Counted from the first letter of the stretch, positions 9,673 through 19,401 are shown. The stretch is DNA of 64,000 nucleotides from Candidatus Versatilivorator sp. (GCA_965207735.1 OZ242296.1:160001-224000); one strand, 5' to 3'. Notes: a model not told the origin generated them from the letters alone. Numbers and translations: made by a program.

Positions 9673-11009
9673 CCTCTTCCCGGTTTCCAATGATTTCCCG
9701 CAGAAAGGTGATGGCAGGGATACCCGCGGCGCTGCTGCTCACGGGCTGTCGTCCCGGTACGCCCGAACGCCCCAAGATCGCCGCCCTGGTCACCGAATAC
9801 CGCCGCCGGGCTCACGGCCAGCACATCGTGGACCGTTTCCTGGGCGGCTACGGCTGGGGGGGGCGATTTCACCGGCCCCCCATGGATGTGGTGTCGCTCT
9901 ACGTGGACCAGGTCCGAGAGAGCGACCTCAGCCGCGACCGGGCCCGGCAATACCCCTCCATGAAGATCTATCCCACCATCGCCGAAGCCTTGACGCGGGG
10001 TGGAGACAGGCTGGCGGTGGACGGGGTTCTGCTGATCGGCGAGCACGGAAGCTACCCCCGGAACGAGAAGGGGCAGACCCTGTATCCGCGCTACGAGTTC
10101 TTCCGGCAGATCGTGGACGTCTTCCGGGCCAGCGGCCGCGGCGTACCGGTATTCAACGACAAGCATCTTTCCTGGAAATGGAAATGGGCCGAGGAGATGG
10201 TGGAAACGGCCAGGGAGCTGGACTTTGCCTTGATGGCCGGCTCCAGCATTCCGGTGGCCTGGCGCCTTCCTCCGTTGGAGATTCCCTCGGACGCCGAGGT
10301 GGAGGAGGCCATGGTGATCGGCGCCGGCGGCGGGGCGGACAGCTACGGCTTTCACGGGTTTGAGTCGATGCAGTGCATGGTCGAGCGGCGGCGGGGCGGG
10401 GAGACCGGGGTGGCGGCGCTGCAGGCAGTGCGCGGCCCCAGGGTGTGGGAGTCGCTGAAGGCGGGATCCTGGGACGGGGGAGGCTGGGATCCGGAGCTGT
10501 TCGAGGCCTGCCTTTGCCGCAGCCTGGCCCTGACCTCGACCCGGGAGGGCTTCGACCACAGCTACCCGCTCTTGGAGGAAATACCCGGGCTGGTCAAGGA
10601 CCGGGTTACCGACTCCGGCCCTCAACTGGATCAGCCTCTGGCCTTTCGCTGCGAATATGCCGACGGGATGAAGGCCACGCTGCTCCTGTTGGAGGGACTC
10701 ACCATGGGTTGGACTTTTGCGGCCCGTCTGAAAAACCCGCAACGACTGGTTTCCACACACTTTTACCTTCCGGTGAGCGGGTTGGGCGGGGGTGCGGAAG
10801 CCAACTTCTTCAGCCCCCTGGTGAACGGCATCGAGAAGATGTTTCTGACCGGCAGGGCAACCTACCCGGTAGAGCGGACACTGCTGACCAGCGGAATGAC
10901 CGAAGCCGGAGTCGATTCCCTGTGGCGGGGCCAGCATCGAGTCGAAACGCCCCACCTGGCCCTTCGCTATCGACCCACTCCCGAACCCACCTATCGGAGA
11001 CGTTCGTGA
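9669..11009 (+). CDS. Conserved hypothetical Tat-lipoprotein, Gfo/Idh/MocA-like fold
   Basis: SRRKVM...LLLTGC signal. Motifs VDGVLLIGEHGSYP, FNDKHLS, MAGSS, SYGFHGFE, ERRRGGETGV and YPVERTLLTSG. ATGA overlap with the MBL gene. Confidence 0.8.
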   Translation: MTSSRFPMISRRKVMAGIPAALLLTGCRPGTPERPKIAALVTEYRRRAHGQHIVDRFLGGYGWGGRFHRPPMDVVSLYVDQVRESDLSRDRARQYPSMKIYPTIAEALTRGGDRLAVDGVLLIGEHGSYPRNEKGQTLYPRYEFFRQIVDVFRASGRGVPVFNDKHLSWKWKWAEEMVETARELDFALMAGSSIPVAWRLPPLEIPSDAEVEEAMVIGAGGGADSYGFHGFESMQCMVERRRGGETGVAALQAVRGPRVWESLKAGSWDGGGWDPELFEACLCRSLALTSTREGFDHSYPLLEEIPGLVKDRVTDSGPQLDQPLAFRCEYADGMKATLLLLEGLTMGWTFAARLKNPQRLVSTHFYLPVSGLGGGAEANFFSPLVNGIEKMFLTGRATYPVERTLLTSGMTEAGVDSLWRGQHRVETPHLALRYRPTPEPTYRRRS

Positions 11010-12238
11010 CTGGCAGGCGCACTTTCCTGAATACCGCTTCGGCTGTCCCGATGGCCGGCTTGCCCAACCGAACCCGGCCAGGAGCCAAGAGATTGGCCAT
11101 CCTGGCTTCCCGCTGGACTCCCGGCTCTCCGGCCCGTCAGGTCGCAGACCGCTTCCTGATCGGCTATCCACGGGAGGGCAGGTGGCGCCGGCCCGCCATG
11201 GATGTAGTGTCTCTCTACGTGGACCAGACTCCTGATGTGGACCAGAGCAGGGCGCGCGCCGCCGAGTTCGGCTTCAGGATCTATCCTTCGGTCGCGGAAA
11301 CGCTCCGTTGCGGCAGGGACCGGCTGGCCGTGGACGGAGTGCTGATGCTTGCCGGTCAGGGTGCAGATTCGAGCCCCCGACCCTCGGGCTCCGACTTGCT
11401 CGAGCCGATGGTCAGGGTCTTCGAGGAAGACCACCGGGCGGTCCCGGTCTATTGGGACGAACCGATGGGACTGGCTCAGGCCCGCAAGATGGTGGAAGCC
11501 TCCCGGCAACTGGGGTTCCCGGTGCTAGGCGGATCCTCCTTGCCAATGACCTGGAGGCTGCCCCCTCTGGAGTTGCCGACGGGCTGTCGGGTTGAGCAGG
11601 CCCTGATGGTGGGCATCGGCTCTAGGCGCTCCGATCGCTATCGGGCTATTGAAACCCTGCAGGCCATGGTGGAGCGTCGCAGAGGCGGCGAAACCGGTGT
11701 GCGGTCGGTGCAAGCGGTGGCGGGTGAAGCGGTGTGGCGCGCCGGCAGCAGCGGTCGTTGGTCCCGGGAACTGCTGGAAGCAGCCGTGGCCCGATCCGAC
11801 TCCCTGCAGGGAAAGACCTTGGAGGACGGACGCCCCCGGGATCTGGTCAAAAGCGGGGAATTGCCCCGGCTGGTCGAACATCCGGAAGCCTGCCTGGTGG
11901 ACTATTCCGACGGACTGAGGGCTACAGTGCTGATGCTCAACGGAGCCGTGGGGGACTTCACTTTTGCGGCCCGCCTCCTCGACGTCTCTGAGGTTGCATC
12001 GACCCATTTCCTTCTCCCCCCGGAACCTAACCGTGCCGGCTCGGTCTGCCTGGCCGCCCGGATCGAGGACCTGATTCAATCCGGGCGAAGTCCGATTCGT
12101 CCGGAACGGGCCTGGATCGCCGCCGGCATCCTGGATCGTTGGATGAAATCCCAAAAAAAGGGAGGCCTCACTCTGGAGACTCCGGAACTGACGCTGGAGT
12201 ACCGGCCCTTCGCCGAATCCTCTTTTTGTGGATCCTGA
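11006..12238 (+). CDS. Paralog of the preceding Tat protein (degenerate motifs)
   Basis: GTG 11006 overlaps the upstream TGA. Tat-like TGRRTFL. Shares DRFLxGY, MDVVSLYVDQ, DRLAVDGVL, WRLPPLE and MVERRRGGETGV with 9669-11009. Confidence 0.8.
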   Translation: MTGRRTFLNTASAVPMAGLPNRTRPGAKRLAILASRWTPGSPARQVADRFLIGYPREGRWRRPAMDVVSLYVDQTPDVDQSRARAAEFGFRIYPSVAETLRCGRDRLAVDGVLMLAGQGADSSPRPSGSDLLEPMVRVFEEDHRAVPVYWDEPMGLAQARKMVEASRQLGFPVLGGSSLPMTWRLPPLELPTGCRVEQALMVGIGSRRSDRYRAIETLQAMVERRRGGETGVRSVQAVAGEAVWRAGSSGRWSRELLEAAVARSDSLQGKTLEDGRPRDLVKSGELPRLVEHPEACLVDYSDGLRATVLMLNGAVGDFTFAARLLDVSEVASTHFLLPPEPNRAGSVCLAARIEDLIQSGRSPIRPERAWIAAGILDRWMKSQKKGGLTLETPELTLEYRPFAESSFCGS

Positions 12239-12240
12239 TC

Positions 12241-12837
12241 GTGTTGACCAAGCAGGAATTGTTACAACCCCTGGCGTCGCTGAGGACGGACGAGGTGGTG
12301 GTGACCACCATGGGCGTGGTGCGGCCCTGGTCCAAGGTCTCGGACAGCCCGTTGGACTTCGCCTCGGCAGACAGCGCCATGGGCCACGTTGCCGATCTGG
12401 CTCTGGGCATTGCCCTGGCCCAGCCCCAGCGCAGGGTCATCTGCCTGAACGGTGACGGCAGCCTCTTGATGACTCTGGGCTCCCTGGCCACGGTAGTGGA
12501 AGCCGGAGCCCGCAACCTGATTCTCTTCACGGTTGAGAACCGGACTTATGAAATCACCGGAAATCAAGCCATTGCGGGCGCCGGCCGGGTGGACTTTGCC
12601 GGATTGGCCCGGGCGGCGGGTTTTGACAGGGCCTACGCTTTCGACGATCCGGAGCTCTATGCCCGGACCCTTCCCACGATTCTGCGGGAACCCGGTCCGG
12701 TGTTTGTGGCCGCGCGGGTCGAACCCGGATCCGAGGGTCCGCTTATCCGAAGCCGAAAGGGAGAGCCGGTGGCATACCTGCAACCGTCTCTGGCCGAGTC
12801 GGCCCACCGATTGAGGAAAGCGCTGATTTATTGTTAG
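12241..12837 (+). CDS. TPP-binding decarboxylase beta-like subunit (ComE-like)
   Basis: SAMGH..LALGIALAQP, TPP motif NGDGSLLMTLG...ENRTYEITGNQ, and DFAGLARAAG. GTG start 2 nt after the upstream stop. Confidence 0.85.
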   Translation: MLTKQELLQPLASLRTDEVVVTTMGVVRPWSKVSDSPLDFASADSAMGHVADLALGIALAQPQRRVICLNGDGSLLMTLGSLATVVEAGARNLILFTVENRTYEITGNQAIAGAGRVDFAGLARAAGFDRAYAFDDPELYARTLPTILREPGPVFVAARVEPGSEGPLIRSRKGEPVAYLQPSLAESAHRLRKALIYC

Positions 12838-13151
12838 CGACTTGACGGGCATCTCTGTTATTCTGATCGCTGGCGAAGGTTGGTTCTTTAATGGCCCGGC
12901 AACCTGTTTCGCCGGGCAGTGCTCCGGCAGTCATCCGGGGACAGTATCGCTGCCGGTTTCGACGGCATTACCGGAATACACGATATTTAATTTAAATTCG
13001 CTGACAATTCGCAGTGGGAATTTCCGGCTCGTGGATCGCTCAGGGAGCCTTCCTTCGGGAAGCCACGGACACCTGGGAAGCCCTCCGGGGACAGGAGGGT
13101 CTGATGCCATGGTGAGGGGCACGGCCGGTTGCAGGCTTTGAAAGGAGAATC

Positions 13152-15146
13152 ATGAGAGAAGTGACCTTGGGAATAGGAGGGGCCGCCGGCGACGGGTTGG
13201 ACAAGACCGGCGACACTTTTGCCAAGACCGCCTCCCGTCTGGGGCTGTATCTGTATGCCTACAACAGTTACCAGTCCATCATCCGCGGGGGCCACATCTG
13301 GTTGCGCGTGAGGATGGGCGAAGAGAAGGTCTACTCTCACGGAGATCACCTGAATCTGCTGATCGCGCTCAATCAGGACACCCTGGAGAGGCATGCCCGC
13401 GAAGTGGAGCCCGGCGGGGCTGTCCTGTTCAATTCCGACAAGTTGACCCTCGATTCCTCGCTTTTCGAAAGCCAGGTTCTGCCGGTGCCGATGCCCGTGC
13501 GGGAGTTGCTGAAGCCGTTGGGAAAAACGCTTCCCGTCATGCAGAACACGGTATCTCTGGGCGCGGCCATCTTCCTGCTGGGACTGGATTTCGAGATGAT
13601 GGCCGAAGTCCTGGCCGACACCTTCCAGCACAAGGGCCAGGAGGTGGTCAACCAGAACATCCAGGTAGCCAAGGCGGGTTACAACTACGCCAAGGAAAAA
13701 TTCGTGCCCCTGGGGTATGAATGGAACTTCAGCCGCACGCGGAGACCCTTCATTACCGGAAACGAAGCCATGGCCCTGGGTGCGGTTGCTGCCGGCTGCA
13801 AATTCTATTCCGCCTACCCCATGACGCCCGCCTCCACCATTCTGCACTGGATGGTCGCTCATGCCGACCGTTGCGGGATCGTGGTCAAGCAGTGCGAGGA
13901 TGAAATTGCGGTCGCCAACATGGCTGTCGGCGCCGGCCTGGCAGGGGCTCGCTCCATGTGCGCCACCTCGGGCGGCGGGTTTGCCCTGATGACCGAAGCC
14001 ATCGGTCAGGCCGGCATGATCGAAGCGCCGGTCGTGTTCATTACGGTCCAGCGCGGCGGTCCTTCGACGGGGATCCCCACCAAGACCGAGCAGGCCGATC
14101 TGAACCAGGCCCTGGGAGCTTCCCAAGGCGATTTCCCCCGCATCATCATGGCTCCGGCCGACGTGACCGAAGCCTACTATACCGCCGCCGAAGCCCTGAA
14201 CCTGGCCGACAAGTACCAACTCCCGGTAATCATTCTCTCCGACCTGCTGCTTTCGGAACATCCCGAGACCATCGAGAGGGATGCGCTCAAGCCCGATCTG
14301 GTGATCGATCGGGGCCAGTTGGTGACCGAGTGGCCGGAAGACAACGGAACCTACAAGCGCTACGCTTTCACCGAGTCGGGAGTATCCCCCCGAGCCCTGC
14401 CCGGGACCAAGAACACCGTCTACGTCTCCCCCACGGATGACCACGACGAGGAAGGGATTCTGATCAGCGACGAGTACACCAGTCCGCCGGTGCGCCGCAA
14501 AGTGCAGGAAAAGCGCATGAAGAAGCTGGAAGGAGCCCTGAAGGAACTGCCGCCTCCTCAAATCGAGGGTCCGGAGGATGCGGACGTCACCCTGGTGGGC
14601 TGGGGGTCCTGCAGGGGCGTGATTCGGGAGGCCGCCGAGATCCTGAGATCTGATGGCGTTGCCGCCAATCAGCTCCATTTCAAGTATCTGCTGCCGTTTC
14701 ACGTCAAGGAGGCCCTGGAGATCCTGAATGGATGCAAGAGGACCATAGGCGTGGAGGTGAATTACACCGGACAGTTTGCCCGGCATTTGAGGTCCGAGAC
14801 CGGTTTCTCCCTGGATGACATGGTCCTGAAGTATGACGGGGAGCCTTTCGAGCCCGCCTTCATCGCGAATCGGGTCAAGGAGATCGTAGGAGGCGAGCCG
14901 CTGTCGCTGGAGGTCACTCGGGAGGAAGCACAGGAGATCGCCTACCACTACATTCGAACCCATTTGGGCAACTCGGTGCGGCCGGCCTCCATTGAGGTGG
15001 GGAATGGCGTGCCGGCGGAAGAGCCCACCTGGTGCATTGAGCTGGTGAGCCGGAAGGGCGGCGAAAAGACCGGAGACCTGTTCGTCGGGCAGCGAACCGG
15101 ATCCACCTATGCCTGGAAGCCGGTCTCGACCGTATCGCAGGATTGA
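13152..15146 (+). CDS. korA: 2-oxoacid:ferredoxin oxidoreductase alpha subunit (gamma-alpha fusion) with C-terminal extension
   Basis: GGAAGDG, YQSIIRGGH, TGNEA, YPMTP, EDEIA, ATSGGG, QRGGPSTGIPTKTEQAD, EVNYTGQF and KYDGEPF. AAGGAG SD. Confidence 0.92.
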   Translation: MREVTLGIGGAAGDGLDKTGDTFAKTASRLGLYLYAYNSYQSIIRGGHIWLRVRMGEEKVYSHGDHLNLLIALNQDTLERHAREVEPGGAVLFNSDKLTLDSSLFESQVLPVPMPVRELLKPLGKTLPVMQNTVSLGAAIFLLGLDFEMMAEVLADTFQHKGQEVVNQNIQVAKAGYNYAKEKFVPLGYEWNFSRTRRPFITGNEAMALGAVAAGCKFYSAYPMTPASTILHWMVAHADRCGIVVKQCEDEIAVANMAVGAGLAGARSMCATSGGGFALMTEAIGQAGMIEAPVVFITVQRGGPSTGIPTKTEQADLNQALGASQGDFPRIIMAPADVTEAYYTAAEALNLADKYQLPVIILSDLLLSEHPETIERDALKPDLVIDRGQLVTEWPEDNGTYKRYAFTESGVSPRALPGTKNTVYVSPTDDHDEEGILISDEYTSPPVRRKVQEKRMKKLEGALKELPPPQIEGPEDADVTLVGWGSCRGVIREAAEILRSDGVAANQLHFKYLLPFHVKEALEILNGCKRTIGVEVNYTGQFARHLRSETGFSLDDMVLKYDGEPFEPAFIANRVKEIVGGEPLSLEVTREEAQEIAYHYIRTHLGNSVRPASIEVGNGVPAEEPTWCIELVSRKGGEKTGDLFVGQRTGSTYAWKPVSTVSQD

Positions 15147-15268
15147 GAGGGACAACCGAGGGAAGTCGGCCCGACAGCCGACGGATCGATCAGGTTTGCT
15201 AACGCATTGGATTTGATTGGCCGCGCCGGCCGAAAGGGCGCGGGAGGAACGGAGAGGCTTAAAACCCT

Positions 15269-16150
15269 ATGGAAATGACGATTTCTTTACCCATCAGCAC
15301 CTATGAAAGCATCATCGATCCGGACTGGTGTCCGGGCTGCGGCGATTTCGGTGTTCTCAGGGGCGTCAAGATGGCGGCCGGAAAACTGGGCATCAAGCCC
15401 GAGGAACTGTTCACGGTCTCCGGGATCGGCTGCTCGTCCAACCTGCCGGGCTACATCCATGCCTATGGTGTCCACAGCCTGCATGGCCGGGCCGTGGCCG
15501 TGGCTTCCGGGATCAAGTTCGCCAACCAGGACATGAACGTGGTGATCACCGGCGGGGATGGCGACGGTTACGGCATCGGTCTGGGCCACTTCGTGCACGC
15601 CATGCGCCGCAACCTGGACCTCACCTACATCGTCATGAACAATCAGATCTACGGATTGACGACCGGCCAGGCCTCCCCCACCACCATGAAGGAGGTACGG
15701 ACCAAGTCCACTCCCCGGGGCAACGTTGAAATGCCGCTCAATCCCATCGCGCTGGCCATTGTCTCCGGCGCAACCTACGTTTCCCGGGCCTTTTCGGGCG
15801 AGCCCAGGCACATGGCCGATGTCATCGCCGGCGGCATCGCCCACAAGGGATTTGCCCTGGTGGATGTCTTCAGCCCCTGCGTGACCTACAACAAGATCAA
15901 CACCTACCCCTGGTTCAAGAAGCGGGTCTACAAGCTGGAGGATGACCCGGACTACGATGCCACCGACCATCGAGGCGCCTTGAATCGGGCCTTCGAGTGG
16001 GGGGATCGCATTCCCCTGGGCCTCTTCTACCGGGAAGAGCAGCCGACCTACGAGGAGAGCGAACCTGCCTTGAAGGAAGGCCCCCTGGTGCACCAGAAGC
16101 TGGGTCTGGAAAAGGATCTCTTTGACGACCTGATGGAGGAATTTGTCTAG
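15269..16150 (+). CDS. korB: 2-oxoacid:ferredoxin oxidoreductase beta subunit
   Basis: WCPGCGDF, SGIGCSS, HSLHGR, GGDGD...NNQIYGLTTGQASPT and SPCVTYN. Confidence 0.93.
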   Translation: MEMTISLPISTYESIIDPDWCPGCGDFGVLRGVKMAAGKLGIKPEELFTVSGIGCSSNLPGYIHAYGVHSLHGRAVAVASGIKFANQDMNVVITGGDGDGYGIGLGHFVHAMRRNLDLTYIVMNNQIYGLTTGQASPTTMKEVRTKSTPRGNVEMPLNPIALAIVSGATYVSRAFSGEPRHMADVIAGGIAHKGFALVDVFSPCVTYNKINTYPWFKKRVYKLEDDPDYDATDHRGALNRAFEWGDRIPLGLFYREEQPTYEESEPALKEGPLVHQKLGLEKDLFDDLMEEFV

Positions 16151-16350
16151 GTTTTGGCCAAGACTCGGCCCCGGCGAGTCTTCCGGGACGAGTCCTTGCA
16201 GCAGGACCGTAGGAACATGCCACTGTCCCCGGGCTCACGCCTGGGGGATACGCGGCCGACCTGAGTCAGCCGCATCCTTCCGGAACACACGACCTCTCCA
16301 GAAAAACGCCTAATAAGTCCCCGGGCTTGTGCCCGGGAGACGTCCATGTG

Positions 16351-17748
16351 TCAGGGGTGCAGCAACTCTAGCGCTATGGCCGTCAAGGCCTTGACGCCCG
16401 TCTTGAGGGTGGGCTCCGGATCGGGCGCGTAGCGGCTGGAGTGGAGCGAGGGCAGGGGAGAGGCTCCCGGTTTCCTGCTGGCTTCCATCTTCTCGGGGGC
16501 AACGGCGCCGAGCCAGAACAGGCAGAGCGGCACCTTCTGAGGGGTCCTTCCGTAGAGGCCGAAATCCTCTCCTCCCATCACCGGCCTCAGATCCAGTACA
16601 TTGTCCTTGCCCAGCACCCGGGCCATGGCTCGGCTGGCCCGCCGAGCCAGCGCCGGATTGTTGTAGGTGGGTGGAGTGCTGTCCAGCACCGACATCAACG
16701 GCATGCGGTCCGGGGGCACCCCGGCGGCGCGGGCGATCCCCTCCGAGATTCGCCCGATGCCGTCGCGGATTCTGTCGCGGGTTTCATCGGTGTAGTAGCG
16801 GACGGTGAGTTGGAGCCGGACCTCGTCGGGAATAATGCTGTGCTTGGTGCCCCCGTGGATGGATCCCACCGTGACCACCGCCGGGTCTATGGCGGGAATT
16901 TCCCGGCTGACAATGGTCTGGAGCGACAGCACCGTCTGAGCGGCCATGACCACGGGGTCCTTGGTGGTGGAGGGATAGCCGCCGTGTCCCGAAACGCCCC
17001 GAACTGTCAGATCGACGGAGTCGACCCCGGCAAGGGCATAGCCGCTGCAGACTCCCACCCGGCCTGCCTGCATGCCGGCATCGTTATGGAGCGCAATGGC
17101 GAAGTCGGGGACTGGAAACCTCTCGAACAATCCATCGGCCAGCATGGCCTTGGCCCCGGCTCCCCGTTCCTCGGCGGGCTGAGCCACCATCAGCAGGGTG
17201 CCCTTCCAGCGACTCTTCTCCCGGCTCAGAATGCGGGCAGCTCCCACGAAGCAGGTCATGTGGACATCGTGGCCGCAGGCGTGCATGAGGCCGATGGACT
17301 GCCCGTCCGGATCCTGAATGCGGACTTTGCTGGCATATTCCAGGCCGGTCTCCTCGGTGATGGGTAGTCCGTCCAGGTCGGTCCTGAGCATGAGGGTCGG
17401 CCCCTTCCCGTTTCTGAGAAGACCGACGACGCCATGCCCCCCGATCTCCCGGCTGACCTCGAAGCCCGACGCCTCCAGCTCTCGAGCCATGCGCCGAGCG
17501 GTCCGGACCTCTTGAAAGGCGATCTCGGGGTTGGCATGCAGGTGCCGATAGAGCTCGAACAGGGAAGGGAATTCTCGATCGACGCGCGGAGGGATCCAGG
17601 AGGGGGCGGCCCCGGATGACTGCGCCAGCCCCGACCAGATCAGCAGGATGAAGAACCCGCAGAGGCTGGCCACCGATAGAATTCGTCCGGCACACTGGCG
17701 GCCCCTGGTGTTTCTTCTACAGGATGGGAATTTGCACAGTTGCATCAA
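16351..17748 (-). CDS. M20D amidohydrolase (hippurate hydrolase-like), exported; start uncertain
   Basis: HLHANPE, RTDLDGLP, MHACGHDVH, QPAEE, GGEDF and LHS motifs. Hydrophobic N-terminal segment. Confidence 0.9.
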   Translation of the reverse strand: MMQLCKFPSCRRNTRGRQCAGRILSVASLCGFFILLIWSGLAQSSGAAPSWIPPRVDREFPSLFELYRHLHANPEIAFQEVRTARRMARELEASGFEVSREIGGHGVVGLLRNGKGPTLMLRTDLDGLPITEETGLEYASKVRIQDPDGQSIGLMHACGHDVHMTCFVGAARILSREKSRWKGTLLMVAQPAEERGAGAKAMLADGLFERFPVPDFAIALHNDAGMQAGRVGVCSGYALAGVDSVDLTVRGVSGHGGYPSTTKDPVVMAAQTVLSLQTIVSREIPAIDPAVVTVGSIHGGTKHSIIPDEVRLQLTVRYYTDETRDRIRDGIGRISEGIARAAGVPPDRMPLMSVLDSTPPTYNNPALARRASRAMARVLGKDNVLDLRPVMGGEDFGLYGRTPQKVPLCLFWLGAVAPEKMEASRKPGASPLPSLHSSRYAPDPEPTLKTGVKALTAIALELLHP

Positions 17749-18011
17749 CGCTTTCGGCGCCTCCAGAATAAAGACGAACCACGAATGAACACGAAAACGG
17801 ATGGACCCCCTTCAATGACCAACCGCGCCCCAATGCTTCTGCGATATCGTGACCTTGATATCCCGACGTCATGGGAGGAAGCCCGCGCTCCCGGGTGGGC
17901 CGCTTTCGTCACGATTGCCCTTCAAGGGAGAGTCGGCGCAAACGAACTGGCTGAATGGTCGCCTTGAATCCCGATTTGACAATCCCTTGGTGGATAGCTC
18001 TTTTTCCTTTC

Positions 18012-18204
18012 GTTTCAGGAAAGCCGGGCCCCCGCCCCCCACGACGGGGCGGATCATTCGAGGGTGAAACAATCAGAAATTGATAATCCTTTCGCGACCT
18101 TGGTACCCCGTCGCGGTCAACCTCAACGCCTTAGTGGCCCTTCGTCGTTCTTCGTGTCCCTTCGTGGATTACTCTTTTTCTTTTGTCTTTCTTCGTTTAT
18201 TTCA
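18012..18204 (-). repeat. Family A repeat copy
   Basis: Reverse complement of the 3563-3760 unit plus linker (GTGAAACAATC...TTCGCGACCTTGGTACCCCGTCGCGG...CTTCGTGG). Confidence 0.85.
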
Positions 18205-18225
18205 GTCACCCACGATGGCGCGAAT

Positions 18226-18915
18226 TCAGCGGCTCTCGGTCCGGTTGCCGTTGCCCTGGATCAGGTGCCGGGTGATGGTGGCGCCCACCGTGGAGAAATC
18301 GTCCAGGGGGAAGAACGGCAACTGTTTCTGCCGGCATAGGTTAGCCAGCCTGCTCCGGGCAAAGACCAGGTCGGCCTGGTCGGCGGCGCGCAGGTCGGAC
18401 AGTCCGTCTCCCAGGAAAGCCGTGGCATAGCCTGCCGACCGGGCCTGGACCAGGGCTGCTCCCTTGTCGTGCCCCCAAGGGGTGTCGTCCAGGAAACGCA
18501 AGGTCCAGCGGTGGTCGACGATTTCCAGGGGATTGGCCAGCAGCCGCACGTGATCGAGCCCGAAGGGCGCCAGCAGTCGCTCGATGACGTCCTTGATGCC
18601 GGCACTCAAGATGGTCAGGGGAATTTCCCGGCGCCGGCACCATTGGGCAAAGGGTGGAAAGGATTCATCGATTTCGACTCGCTGCCTGAGAAAATCCAGG
18701 ACCTGATCGAGGTTTCCCCGGATGGCGGCCACCTCGGTCGCGATTCCGTCCCGGAGGGAAATTTCTCCGCTGGCGATCTTGCCGCCGATGTCCCTGCGAA
18801 ACTTCACCCCACCGAAAGTCTCGGCCAGCAGGTTGATGGTGTCGGGATGGGCGATGGTCCCGTCGAAGTCGCTGAAGACGGCCACCCGACGGGATTGAGA
18901 AACGGAGGCGTTCAT
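18226..18915 (-). CDS. HAD-IB phosphatase, MtnX-like
   Basis: Motif I FSDFDGT, motif II ILSAG, K in GHDK, and motif IV GDGLSD followed by ADLVFAR. Confidence 0.85.
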   Translation of the reverse strand: MNASVSQSRRVAVFSDFDGTIAHPDTINLLAETFGGVKFRRDIGGKIASGEISLRDGIATEVAAIRGNLDQVLDFLRQRVEIDESFPPFAQWCRRREIPLTILSAGIKDVIERLLAPFGLDHVRLLANPLEIVDHRWTLRFLDDTPWGHDKGAALVQARSAGYATAFLGDGLSDLRAADQADLVFARSRLANLCRQKQLPFFPLDDFSTVGATITRHLIQGNGNRTESR

Positions 18916-19372
18916 GGGATCCAAGCAGACAAGCCCAAGGGAGCTTGCGGGGCCGACCAGGGCCGGCCCGGGTGAGAAACTGGGTCAGCCTCCCCGGTCC
19001 GGACTGCGGACCGCGGAGACGAACGAGATCATCCTTCAAGAGGGTCCCGGCGCACAACAAAAATCGTTTTCTCCCGCACAGAGACAAGAGATATTGGTTG
19101 CCGTCCCCGACCCACGATTTCTTTGGACAGAGACTTGAGGAACTGTGTGAGAAATTATGGGAGAGCAGGATCATGCTATGTCCAGAGGAAGTAATTCAGC
19201 CGCTGGTCGGACCGGCGAAGTATCGAAAACCCCAGGGGCTAAGGGTCGTCCAGCCGAAGAAACCGGCGATGCAGGGCCGGTCAGGGCTACTCTTTCTGAC
19301 TGTTTATTCGGTGTCTCCGTTTTTCTCGTAGAAGACACGCTGATTAGGATCAGCTCGTTTCGAGAACATCAC

Positions 19373-19401
19373 TTGTAAGCTGAGTCGCATCACTATACAA
19401 T
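19373..19401 (+). promoter_or_regulatory. Sigma70-type promoter of higBA
   Basis: TTGTAA (19373-19378), 17-bp spacer, TACAAT (19396-19401), 7 nt before ATG 19409. Confidence 0.6.

Noticed and set aside
10373-11005. N-terminal 211 aa of the 621-aa ORF 10373-12238
   Set aside because: It overlaps the real 9669-11009 gene in another frame. The GTG at 11006 with a Tat motif is the plausible start.
13010-13110. Cobalamin riboswitch or 6S RNA (GCCACGG..GGGAAG; CAGGGAGCC..CACCT)
   Set aside because: No B12 box or CCCGCxACTG core, and too short for the 6S rod. Kept only as a GGA-rich leader.
6230-15155. Long antisense ORFs (e.g. 6230-8131, 9405-11171, 12987-15155) and similar shadows elsewhere (42665-44551, 53326-54837, 60502-62157)
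   Set aside because: These are mirror frames of well-supported genes in GC-rich DNA and show no family motifs.
18925-19370. ORFs or ncRNA between the HAD phosphatase and higBA
   Set aside because: No recognisable protein motif, tRNA or integration-site repeat. Left unannotated.
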